Origin: Marsupella aquatica
Lineage: Eukaryota > Plantae > Marchantiophyta
Length of the DNA: 64,000 nucleotides
Assembly (NCBI GenBank): GCA_973895155.1
Contig: OZ316898.1
Location: 2,852,480-2,916,479, forward strand
Reading direction: 5' to 3'
This document shows positions 13,632 through 24,685 of this stretch, piece after piece. The position numbers were made by a program, and so were the translations under genes. Each line of letters starts with the position of its first letter. The first letter of the stretch is position 1. The notes under the pieces were generated by a model. The model saw only the letters and a program-made list of their open reading frames with translations, did not search any database and was not told where the DNA came from.

Positions 13632-14068
13632 TCTTTGCTCTCGTGTCACTCACTGGTCTCATGGGTTTTGGCTTTCTTTGCTCTCGTGTCACTGCAGTTC
13701 TTCTGAGGTTCTGGTTTAATCCTCTCTCCCTCATGGTCTGGGTCCTACTAGGGACCCTGGGTATTGTCCCCTTGTGGTTTCCCTACATTGAAATGCATGC
13801 TCCAAAGCAAGACCTCTATCCTCTGTTGGATGGGCCTTCTTTCCCTTTTCAAGGCAAACAAAATAAATTATCAAAGCTATCCCTATGTAAAGAGGCCAAA
13901 ACCTTGGCCAGATTCCCAGTATGTGCTTTTTGGTGTGTTTCCTTAGGCTAGGTTCCATGGCCAGGGGGCAGGGAGTACGATCACTCCCTCTGACACACCC
14001 TGGCCCCAAGTACTTATTAGTATGCCAAGGTGAACACAGTATTCTAAATGTATAGGTTTTTTGAGTTT

Positions 14069-14245
14069 AGAGCCAATCAGAATGCCATGCACTGTTACCA
14101 TACAGGGGCAGGGGGGGGTACCCCTGGAGTTTAAAGAGGGAGTCAGAACCCAGGATTTTCCCTCACACTCCCTGTTAAACTCAGGGGTACTCCCTGTACA
14201 ACAACAGTGCAGGGCATTCTCATTGGCGGCATTCTCATTGGCTCT
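14069..14245. repeat. Foldback hairpin (MITE-like or hairpin RNA) with arms of about 70 bp
   Basis: agagccaatcagaatgccatgcactgtt...tacagggg...gtacccctggagtttaaagagggagt pairs with actccctgttaaactcaggggtactccctgta...aacagtgcagggcattctcattggc. Confidence 0.75.
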
Positions 14246-14640
14246 TGCGGCCTTAAGCCGGGCAGATGTCAAGATGTCATCCGGTCACTGAAGAAAAGTC
14301 ACTGAAGAAATTAAAATGTGACTTTTCCATCCAGGGCAATTGATGACTTGACAACCCTGTGGAGTAAGAAGTCAAGTCAGATTTCTGGAAAATGCCTCAA
14401 GTACTAGCCACTGAAGAAAACATTGAAGTGACCTTTCTGTCAAGAGCAGCTCATATCTACAAATGCCCTATAAGGGTGGCTTTATAAGAACTTGGGGGCA
14501 GCAGTTCCTTTTTTTCCATGTGTGGATGTAATCTTAGCCATGCATATGAGAGAACAGGTCACACTTCAGATTACATGAACTTGGGGGCAATCAAGCAAAA
14601 CCATTACCCAACCTAGTCATGTGTCACTGGGACCCTTGTG

Positions 14641-14808
14641 GGTCTTTTTTTTGCTGATGTGTACATGTTTTTTTGGTCAAAAACTTAGACCTCCTCTTGA
14701 GGTGGTCTAAAAAATTGGAGCAAAGGGCTCTTTTTTTCTGATGTGTAGATGTTTTTTTGGTCAAAACTTGAACCTTCTCTTGAGATGGACCAAAAAATTG
14801 GAGCAAAT
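14641..14808. repeat. Diverged tandem repeat of about 85 bp, two copies
   Basis: ttttt..ctgatgtgta.atgtttttttggtcaaaa...ttgag.tgg..aaaaattggagcaaa occurs twice. Confidence 0.8.
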
Positions 14809-15456
14809 GGCAGCTCCTTTCCAGGGAATTGTATTTAATACTTACAGACACACACATTTTGACTCAGGCATTTTAACTTTTGTGTGTGGAAGTGGTAATT
14901 GCTTTGGATGAAAAGCTGCACAGTCTTGTAAAGCCCCACTGAACGGCCCCAGGGTCTTGTAAAGCCCCGCTGAAGTACTCATTGTTTTGAGCACAAAGTG
15001 GGTCAACTAAAACCCACTGTCACAATTATTGCACAAATTCGCCACCTGTAGCAGAATGGTGTCCCCGTTGTAGGCCCCGCTGAACAAAGGAAGGGCCATT
15101 TTTTAGACCTCGTTGGGACTTGGGTATGCGTCCAAAGAAAAGGAATGGAAAAATTAATGTGCGAGGGCCGTGAAGTTAGCAGACACATCCTTTCTTTAGA
15201 GAAATACTCCTCGCAATTGTCTCTTGGCAGTTGGAATATATAGTAGAACGGAAAGTCAGCCAGCAGACAGCTTGAAAGGACCAGTCTCAATCACGAGCAA
15301 TTACCATGAAGAGCAAGCTTTCCAGCAAGTCTGCAGCAACAGGCAAGTCAAAGGTCTGTTAAAAATGCAGATGGGATCCATAATAGAGCTACTGTTACTG
15401 AGCTTAAGGCAGAGCTCATTGGTTCGGTGTGACGAGTTCGAGTGCTTTGTGTGTAG

Positions 15457-15498
15457 GGACTGGACTGAACTGGACTGGACTGGACTGGGACTGGACTG
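15457..15498. repeat. (GGACT)n pentanucleotide microsatellite
   Basis: About 8 near-perfect GGACT units. Confidence 0.9.
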
Positions 15499-18375
15499 GT
15501 TAGCCACAAAGAGCCATAAGCGCTCAACGGCATGTTTAAATGTTGGGAGGACTGAGCCAATTATTTCTGGAAAAGAACGAATAGTGGTATGACTTATTAA
15601 TGACTACTACGAACGAGATATTCTGATATTCGTGTCGATCATAGGGGCGTGGACATTCTCCTCCGCCCAGTACGGAATTGCATCTCCAGGTGGACCCTTA
15701 ATGCAATTTATGGATTGTGCGTACTGATATCATAAGAACTCGTTTCAGGTTTTTCGAAATCACTTTTTCTTGGAGTTTGAAAACTACTGTTGATTGTCGC
15801 TCAGATCTGTACATTGGACAAGATCCTCCTCGGTCTTCCTTGATGGAGACTTTACAGAAGATTTGCACAAAAAACTATTGAAGAGTGTCTTCGTTCTTTG
15901 GGAGCTGTCTTTCGTATACAGAGATATCAATTCCCTTGTCTCGTCCTTTCTTGCTAACCCAACTTCTAGGCTTGGTAATTCAATCGGATTGGAAAGAGAG
16001 CATTATTATGAATGTTTAAGCTCCGTTTCGGTCTGTGTCTCGAACGTTATAGGTTTCCTCTGTTTGGGACTCTATCGTTCGTAAGAGAGCAGAGTTTTTG
16101 AACGCACTTGGACTGCATGGCACCTCAATCGATCTGCTGTCTGGTGCACAAAAGCACCGGTAACGTAGGCGCAATTATTTGAGATGAGCGATCTGTCTAA
16201 TCATGGCAGGGTCCCACTATTTTGGGATCTCCTTGGCCATGGGTACCTTTATTCGGTTGTTCTGGTACTGTAGGACATAATTTGTACCCTAGTGGGATCG
16301 TCCTGTAGTCCCTTGCATAGGTCGCATCTTGGCATTGGAATTTCTGTCCCCAAGTGTAAACTTCAGAGGTTTTATTCAGATTCGGTTTTCCTTTTCTGCT
16401 GGGTTCTCAGTGGTTTTCCTTCGATCGTATCCCTTTGAAAATTTATATCTATAATAGTAAAAGTATGAACATGCCTCGATTCTGTTAAACTGTACCGACA
16501 TGTCTTAAGGGATCCCGTGCGCTCCGTTGCTCAAAGTTAGGTACCCCACTCGGTCGGAGTCCCTGTCATCAATGGAAAGCACCTATACTAAAGCAAGGAT
16601 CCTCATTGATCATGCGGCTGGAGTGCTGGAGGTGGGGAATTCAAACATCTGCTTTTGCGATCACAATGGAGCAAAGTGCAACAAGGCAACATCGAAAGCG
16701 TGGGCTCGATTCCGCACATTACTACAGGGGAACACGAACTGCGATCACCTTGGGTTCTCGAGAAAGGCATGTAGTGCATAATTTCCTGCTTTACATCATG
16801 GATCACACAAGTCTCTGCTGTGTACAGTTTATCGCTGAGCCGCTACAGTCGGAGGTTGACGATCCTCCAGGTGGCCATCCCATGCATTTCCTGAGAGCGA
16901 TGCTGAGCCTTGAAAAGATACTTCAAGTCGTTTCTCTGCACCTCCCAAGGTTAGATTTATAGGGGCCATTCCGTTCATTCACTGGTTCTTTTTAGCTTTT
17001 TGCCCGCGCGCAGGGAGGTTGGTGCCCTCGGGGCCGAAGGAAAACCCTTACGAACAGCAAGTATTCTGAGTTAATTCCAATCATTCACTGCTCACAGTGA
17101 TTCTGAGTCTACTAAAGAATGCTACCCAATGCCAAATGCTCAGGAGGCAGATTCGGAGCTCCACGGCTGTGCTCAGCCAGCCGCTGGAGGGTCATGATTA
17201 ATCCCAATCATCCACTGCTCTACAGTGATCCTGAACACCAAGAGACCCAATGCGAAATTAGTAGAAGGCATATTCGCCGTCCTGATCGCAGCTCTACTGT
17301 TGGGCATGAAAAGCTCTCGGAGCACAATTTAACAGGAGGTATCGATGAGGATTTAGGGTCAGGCAGCTGTTAGGACACTTTCACAGTCCTGCAGCAACGC
17401 AAGAATCTAAATAGTTCGGTACAGTGCACTTTGGGGAAGTTGGACGCGGCCGGACACCTTTGTCCTTAACCATATTAAATTGTACAGGGCCGGGTCGCGC
17501 TTTGGAGACGTGACTTGGAAAGTAAGCTTTCAAGTCAAAGGTGAAAAGTGACCACCTCCACTAGCTTTTGGTCACGCTCTCGCGCAAGACGCTGAGGCAA
17601 ACCTCCAGAGTTCAGAACCCTCTCCGAGCTTAATCCCACCGACATGGGAGACAGGTGGCCCTTGGCCTCAGCTTGAAACGGTACATGAATACTTAGAAGA
17701 GAGAACTGAAAGATTTGACAGTCTGTAGAATGACTTCTTGGCCCCTTGTGGAATTATTAGATGGATGCTTCTGAGCTGTGTGCATGATGAACTGGTCCTC
17801 ATCAGAAATTCCCCTATTTACCTCACTCACGATCTTATGTTGCACCACGCTCACAGTACAGTTCGGCACACTGCATATCACAACCACAAGGTGAAAACGC
17901 TATGCTGCATACCCACTGCAAAATACTTCACATTCGAAGCACCGTTCAACAATTTAGGCCAGGGTGCATAGATCTCTCACGTCTAGTAAGCAAGATACGG
18001 CGTACCGTAAATCGAAGAAATTCATTCAATGACGGTTTAAGAGGATGTCTTCGCCGAAAATATATCCAGAATTGTAGATGTAGAATCAGACAGAGTTGTC
18101 AGTGTACTGACAGGCAGCGAGGATATTAAGGAGACAATTGCGCATTTTTCTGAAGCCGGGTTTGACGAACCGTTAACTATTTGGTTAAACATGCAAAGGA
18201 CAAGTGAAGAAAAAATTGACCGCTGGGTTGAATTCCCAGCAAAAAAATGGGGGATGCTTATGTATGAAGATAATCAACACAGATTTTTAAAATTATTGGC
18301 TCGCTGATGCGAGAGCCCTACCTAATGATTTCTACTTCACATATAAACTCGGGCGTTGACTAACACCGCAGAAGT

Positions 18376-20662
18376 CTATTTCCTTACGGGAGTTTGTCTA
18401 TTAGGCTCGAATACAATCTTAATCAAGGATTCCTTGATGGACATGAGCTCCGGAAATTCCTTCTTCAGTTTGCTGGCATCCATCTCATTGTTGCTCCGGG
18501 CAGCAACAATTACCTTAGCCTGCTCCTCAAGAGTAAAATTGGTGTACTTGAAGGATGGATTGATGTACTCCTTGTACATTTCCAGGATTTCGTTGTGGCT
18601 CACGACTCCTGGGTTTGTAAAGTTCCAGATGCCCCTCAGGTTTCTCTTCGCCATTTCTATCGAGATGGGCAACAGCTCGTCCAAAACGGTCATACTGTTT
18701 GGAATGTTGACGACCTTATCATATTTCGCAATCTTCGTGATAAAGTTGCGAGGAGTCTTAAGATCTGAGGTGATAGGCATCCGAACTCGAAGAGTGCATA
18801 CATTGTCATAATTCTTCAATAGATCCTCTACCTGCCACACATCCAAAAGGTTGACAAGAGATCACAGTCAGTCCCGGGCCAATTGCACATGTCTGGACCT
18901 AAACACACTCATGAGACCCGATGTAGCCACTTACAATCGAACCAAGGGACCAGGCCACCAATTACCAAGTACACAATTTGGACTTCACAGTATCCTTCTT
19001 AAATTGTAACGGGCTTATAAAACTAATAACAGAAGGAGGATGCCAAGGAAACAATACCATAGCCTTGGTCTTCGAATAGAAGGAACCGAAAAAGTTGGGG
19101 TTGTCTTCCTCTTTGAATCCGATGCCACTTCCCTCGGGATGAGCAGCGTCATACTCAAAAATGCACCCAGTTGCATAATTCACCAGCAGAAGGCCATGCT
19201 GCTTGCAGACATCAGCCAGAGTCAGAACACCCACAACATTAGCTCTGATGGTCTCTGTCTTATGACTTTCACACCAGTCCACATTCGGGCGGCCAGTCAC
19301 ACCAGCTGCATTGAAGACATGAGTGGGCTTAGCACTCGCAATGTCGGCCTCCACTTGCGCCCGGTTCTCCAGCCGAGCAGATCCATAAAGATAATCAATG
19401 CCCTGCTTGTTCAAAATGTCACCCAGCAATCCCCCAATCCATCCGGTCTTGCCATAGATCAGGAATTTGTATACAGGCTTCTGAACTGGAGCAGCAATGG
19501 AGGGAACAACCATCCCACTGGTAGCTTTGGGACTGGTGTGAAGTGCACCATTTCCATTTGCGTGGACTACCTCTTCATTTGGAGGATTCTTCTGATATTC
19601 CGAAATCTTGTCCTCTCCTGCCATAGCCAGCATTCTGGGGTGGGGCAACAGAGCTCCGGAAACATCTCCCCACCAATCTGGGTTGCTAATAAACCACTCC
19701 TTAGTCTTCTTCAACCCGTCAACCCATGAGGTGCGTTCCTGCCAGCCCAGATCTTTGAGCTTAGCATCGTCCAAGAAATATCGCTGATCGTTGAACGGCC
19801 GGTTGTCAACGAACTGGATTACCTCATCCGCATTGATATTGAACAGATTGCAGATATCTCTAGCTACATCCAGCACCCGTCTCTCCTTCTTCGTGCCAAT
19901 GTTGTACACATGGCCAACCTCGCCCTTATGCAGCACGCATTCGAAGGCTTCAGCAACATCTTCACAGTAGAGGTAGCTCCTCACGTTGCCTCCGTCACCA
20001 TGAATTGGAAGCTTCTTTCCCTGCATCGCCAGCAGAATGAACTTGGGAATCAACTTCTCGGGAAATTGGTTGGGCCCGTAGACATTATTCCCCCGGGTAG
20101 TGATGAACGGAAGCCCGTATGACCTTCCATAAGCCATCACAAGCATTTCAGCCCCTGCTTTGGTGGCCGAATAGGGATTGGTGGGCAGCAGCTGCGAGGC
20201 CTCATGGTTGCCCACGATGGCATCTGCTTCTGTTTCGCCGTAGACCTCATCGGTACTGACGTGGATGAACCGGCGGATGATTCCTGTGACCTTGCAAGCC
20301 TCGAGCAAAACGTGGGTGCCATAGATGTTGTTCTTCGTGAACTCGAAACTGTTCCCGAAAGAGTTGTCGACGTGGGTCTGAGCAGCAAAGTGCATGATAG
20401 TGTCAATGCCCTCAGTGAGGAGCAAGTAATTCACCAGATCAGCACTACCAATGTCACCTTTCACGAACTTGAAGTTCTTCGAGGGCTTGGCAGGGTTGAG
20501 ATTCTTCAAGTTGGAGCAGTAGTCCAACTTGTCCAGCACCACAATTTTGTAATGTGGATAATTGCGGACCAGCCGATTCGCGACATGAGAGGCAATGAAC
20601 CCTGCTGCCCCCGTAATCAGGATATTCCTAGGAGTGTAATTGGCTGGCACCGCCTCCCCCAT
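18376..20662 (-). CDS. RHM1: Trifunctional UDP-glucose 4,6-dehydratase/3,5-epimerase/4-reductase (UDP-L-rhamnose synthase), 686 aa; exons 20662-19058 and 18831-18376
   Basis: N-terminal NILITGAAGFIASH, HVSTDEVYG and YSATK motifs; second domain LIYGKTGWIGG and FYSKTKAM|VEDLLKNY across a phase-0 GT-AG intron. Total 2061 nt including stop. Confidence 0.96.
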
Positions 20663-20692
20663 CGCGTCCTGTCGCTGACGTCCTCCGTAGTA

Positions 20693-21751
20693 CTGCCACA
20701 ACGAGACTCCACCACAAAACCTGTTCTAAAATCCAATTCCGCACCTGCAAACCTCACATCAACCACTCCCCGGTCAGACTATCTCCTCATCGATCGACAA
20801 AACCGCAAGCCAGCTGATCTGCGTCCCAAATTGCACAAACCGAGAAGGAGGAACCCGACTATAGTTCTCAGTTCACAACCCCACAACCCCACAACCCCAC
20901 AAAAGGAAGAATTTCTGACAAACTGCACAAAGCGGCCTCAAAATCTGTCCAAAATGTGGCACACCACTAGACTCCCCTCTGATGACCAAACAAAACAAGC
21001 ATATTACAAAAACAGGTCAGGGTGCTCTCTTCAGTCCATTCTCCCCACCAAATCCGTCGCCCCTGTCTCTACCTCGCTTCGTCTCTCAGATCCTGCCGCC
21101 CTCTCATCAGTTCATGCTCCCCACCAAATTCGTCGCCCCTGTCTCTACCTCGCTTCGTCTCTCAGATCCTGCCGCCCTCTCATCAGTTCATGCTCCCCAC
21201 CAAATTCGTCGCCCCTGTCTCTACCTCGCTTCGTCTCTCAGATCCTGCCACCCCAACCTCGAGCTCACCAGTTCACTTCACAGATACGCAAATACCCAAC
21301 GCTTGGACAAATCAGAAAGCCAATGCAGCCATTCCCACCCATGACGGTCAATGTACGACGCCAATAATAGATCGGCACAAATCGTCTCCCCACTCCTGTC
21401 CTCTCTCTCTCCCCACTCTCGTCAGCATTCGCCACCGACAGCAGCAGCGGCAGAACCGACTCGGAACCCACGCCCCCTCGGCGGATCGACAATTACGAGT
21501 CCCACGGGTCCTCGCCGTCCCATCATGAACTCGTCAACACGCACGAAACTCGACAAACTTGGAAAAACTAAAAACTCGAAATTGCAGCAGTGCGTTAGCG
21601 TTAGACCAAATCCGGTGTAAAACGCAACCAACCTGACCACCGCCACGATTCCGTCTCAATCCCGTTCGACGATAGACTGAGAAATCCAGCAGCAGGAGCA
21701 GGAGCAAGAGCAGCAGCAGCAGAAGACCGCAGGATCGATGTTGACAGGTAC
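20693..21751 (-). other. Probable 5'UTR intron of RHM
   Basis: Minus-strand donor cg|GTACCT near 21751 and acceptor ttgtggCAG near 20693. A CT-rich upstream exon lies at about 21752-21900. Confidence 0.55.
21041..21249. repeat. 76-bp minisatellite, about 2.75 near-identical copies
   Basis: Units start at 21041, 21117 and 21193 (ctccccaccaaat(t/c)cgtcgcccctgtctctacctcgcttcg...). Confidence 0.92.
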
Positions 21752-21899
21752 CGAAGCCAGTCCGCAGATCAGAGCGAGAAGTCGAGAACGAGGAGACTCT
21801 GTTGTACCACAGAGTGAGACAGAGGAGGCTGGAATGATGGGAGAGCAGAGTACTACTCTACTATACTAGACTCGAGAGTCGAGAGAGTGGGAGAAGAAG

Positions 21900-22340
21900 A
21901 ACAGAGGAGAATGCTGCACGCACCGAGTCGTCGTCCGTGTGAGGCAGGGGGGGCCACGAAGAGCAGACAAGTACCCGCTTTCCGGGTGCGGGCACCGGGC
22001 CAGCCAGCCAGCGCTAAAAGAGGAGCGACAGCTGCCCCGAGTTCCACGGGCGTAGACTGCACGCCAGCCCGCCCCCGTTGGCCCTCCCCTTTTGGCCCTC
22101 CCCCTTTCGGCCCGGCGAAGTCTGCCTTCCTCGGCCCATGCCCGACCTCGCTGGCCCCGACGGTCGAGGGGCCGAGCACTCGGGCCCGATCTGACCCGAG
22201 GACTACCTCGCCGTCAGGGCTTCCCCCTGCCGGAGTGCCGGGTCGGGTCCTCGCTGCACGCTGGCGCCTCGTGCCCGTTATAAATTCTTGGTCCAACGGT
22301 GGGTCCGGTCCCTCCGTCTCCTCGTGTCCGGAACGGCGGT
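21900..22340. promoter_or_regulatory. CpG/GC-rich promoter region of RHM
   Basis: Very GC- and CpG-rich segment directly upstream of the inferred first exon, contrasting with CpG-poor flanks. Confidence 0.55.
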
Positions 22341-24264
22341 CATCGTCTCATTTGATAATTTGATAATGCACATGGACTACTATAGCAACACTATTTTTAA
22401 TTAAAGGCATCTCCTTATTTTTCAGCACTAGTAATGGGACAGAGTCATGAGGAACGAAGCATGATGCTGCCATAGACTGATTACGCAACCAATGGGAATC
22501 ATTTTCGTGTTGGGCAACTGGGATTAACTTGGGCTTATAAGTGCTCAGAATTAGACTCCCATACACATACACAACGTGTGTATCCACATGAAAGGCCATC
22601 AAAATAAAAAATACCAACCCAGTGCAAAACATCAGAAAACAAACAGCCAAAACAAGTGGCCAAGGGTAAGCACCCAACTGGGCTAGATCCAAGAGGATCA
22701 AACTACTAGGTGCCAAGACAGCCCAAAATGAATGTTCTCAGAATTATAAATACAAGGCCTAAATATGAGTGTATGCACTTGAATGGTTAGACTCCCTCGC
22801 ACACCTAATGGTGTGTACATATAAAAAGGGCCAGACTCCAAACCCTACTCACAAGAATAGACTAAGACCCAATTTGCATGTAATCGGTCCTTCAGGAAAC
22901 GGCCCTCAAATTGCAACATGTCATACTCAGGATTGAAGATGCTGCTATGCCATAAGCCCCTCCTTAGGCAGTCCTGACGGCAGGTGTTGTAGGGACCCAA
23001 GGGCAAGGAACAGAAACTTTCCAGACCTTGTAGGTCCCAACCTTTGGTTTGCAAAAACAAAACAAAAAAGCTCACTTTGAGCAGCTTCAATTCAATTCCC
23101 TGTATATCTCACTGCATACTATGCAGAGCATAACAACAAAGCAGGGACACGGGCTCCTCATTGCACACTACATGTACTAGAGGGTAGGATTGAGTTGGTA
23201 AAGAAGATTGTGCTTTTCCCTGAAGTGTCAAAAATGGTAAGGGTCGCATTCTGAAGGGCCGACTACATGCAAGTTGGCCCTAAATATGACAAGGTCTCCC
23301 TTATTTGGGTGATTTCTTGCCAAATCCATAATCGGGAAAATAGATAGCTACTGATACAGAGGAAAGAGGGATTTTCTTGCCTAAGTCAGAGGAAAGAGGG
23401 ATTTTCTTGCCTAAGTCACCATCTACTTCTCTATTTAAAAGAGTAAGTTGTCAGATTGGTATTGGCTCTGTTTGACCAAGAGCAGGCCTTTAGGGGGACT
23501 TTAGAAGAACTGGGCCGTAAAATTTTAGACCTGAAAGAAGTACTTTTGTTGGAGTGCTTATGGAACCTCTTATGAATTTTGGGAAGTAAAGCTCAAAATT
23601 ATTATAAGCATCTTGATATAAACACTGATTTTTCAGAATATATTTTGAAAGCTAACAAACTAAAGCAAGAATAGTATGGAAAGGTAAAGTTCAAGAATCT
23701 TATAAGCATCTTTTGAAACCACTTACATTAAGTGTATACATCATTTTGAAAGTCCAAAAAAGATTAATGGAGAATACTATTTTGGTTGCGTCATTTCCTT
23801 CAATAAAACATGAAGTAATATTTAGTGGAAGCGCTGCGCGTGCTGGTTCTACGGTATTGCTAACAATATAATAATGAGAGAATCTACCTCCCTCGCTAGG
23901 GGAGGAGCACTTCGTACCCAAAGTTATGAATGAAAAGGGTTGGGAATAGGGAAAGGTCCTGCATCCCAATCATGCAAGGAGCAGAGGGCTTTTCAATCAT
24001 GTCTAGATTGCACCAGCTCATAGAGGGGTTGGGCATCTTTGTTGGCAGTGCACATCTGAAGAATGCTGGACTTCCATAAAGCGTTTCAATACGTTACCTA
24101 TGACTCTTTTCCTACTTCAGCACTATTGCCCCCTTTATTTAGGTTGCCTGCCTTTGTGATCCTGTCTCCCTGTTTGGCATTTCTTGTTCTTTGACAGTTT
24201 TTATATATATATTCAGCACGTCATCACGGATATGATCATTACTAAATATTCCATTTTTAAATAT

Positions 24265-24685
24265 CCTATCCCCCAAACTCATCAAACTGACTAACCTATC
24301 AGGTTGCCCTCCATTTCGTGTCTGGGCTAAGTTAACTCAACTATACTAGCCCAAGATGACATGTGATTGGTTTGCCGGCACATGGGGACTCTTGATTTTC
24401 CTATGCTAACCCCTCCAACCATACCTTCACCCTGGACCAAGTTCCCCAATTTGACACTGAAAGCCAGGGCGTCAACAATTGTATGTGAGCAAACATTATT
24501 GCATTTTCTGTCACCCTCATTTCCCCGCTTTCATGTTTGGAGGGAGTTAGCTTGGACAAAATTATCGGCATCCATGTGTCCCCAGATCAATTGCATGTCA
24601 TCTCAGGTTAGTCCAGTCTGATTAAGCAAACCCAGATAGAAAATTGGGGGCAACTAATAGTTAAACTAGTTTTGGGGACAGGTTA
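24265..24685. mobile_element. Foldback MITE-like element with long imperfect inverted arms (about 120-160 bp)
   Basis: The left arm cctatcccccaaact...gttgccctccattt..tctggg..gatgacatgtgattggtttgccggcacatgg matches the reverse complement of 24572-24685. An inner pair lies at 24404-24423 and 24533-24552. Confidence 0.7.

Noticed and set aside
15640-15705. Minus-strand IKGPPGDAIPY peptide resembling a ubiquitin E2 motif
   Set aside because: Too short, with no other E2 motifs nearby.
19040-19729. 229-aa plus-strand ORF
   Set aside because: Antisense to RHM.
20204-21367. 387-aa plus-strand ORF
   Set aside because: Antisense shadow of the RHM coding exon, extended through a stop-free minisatellite; no recognisable domain.
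21853-22363. Overlapping 147-aa and 158-aa ORFs
   Set aside because: Expected by chance in a very GC-rich promoter; low-complexity Pro/Ala/Arg/Gly content.
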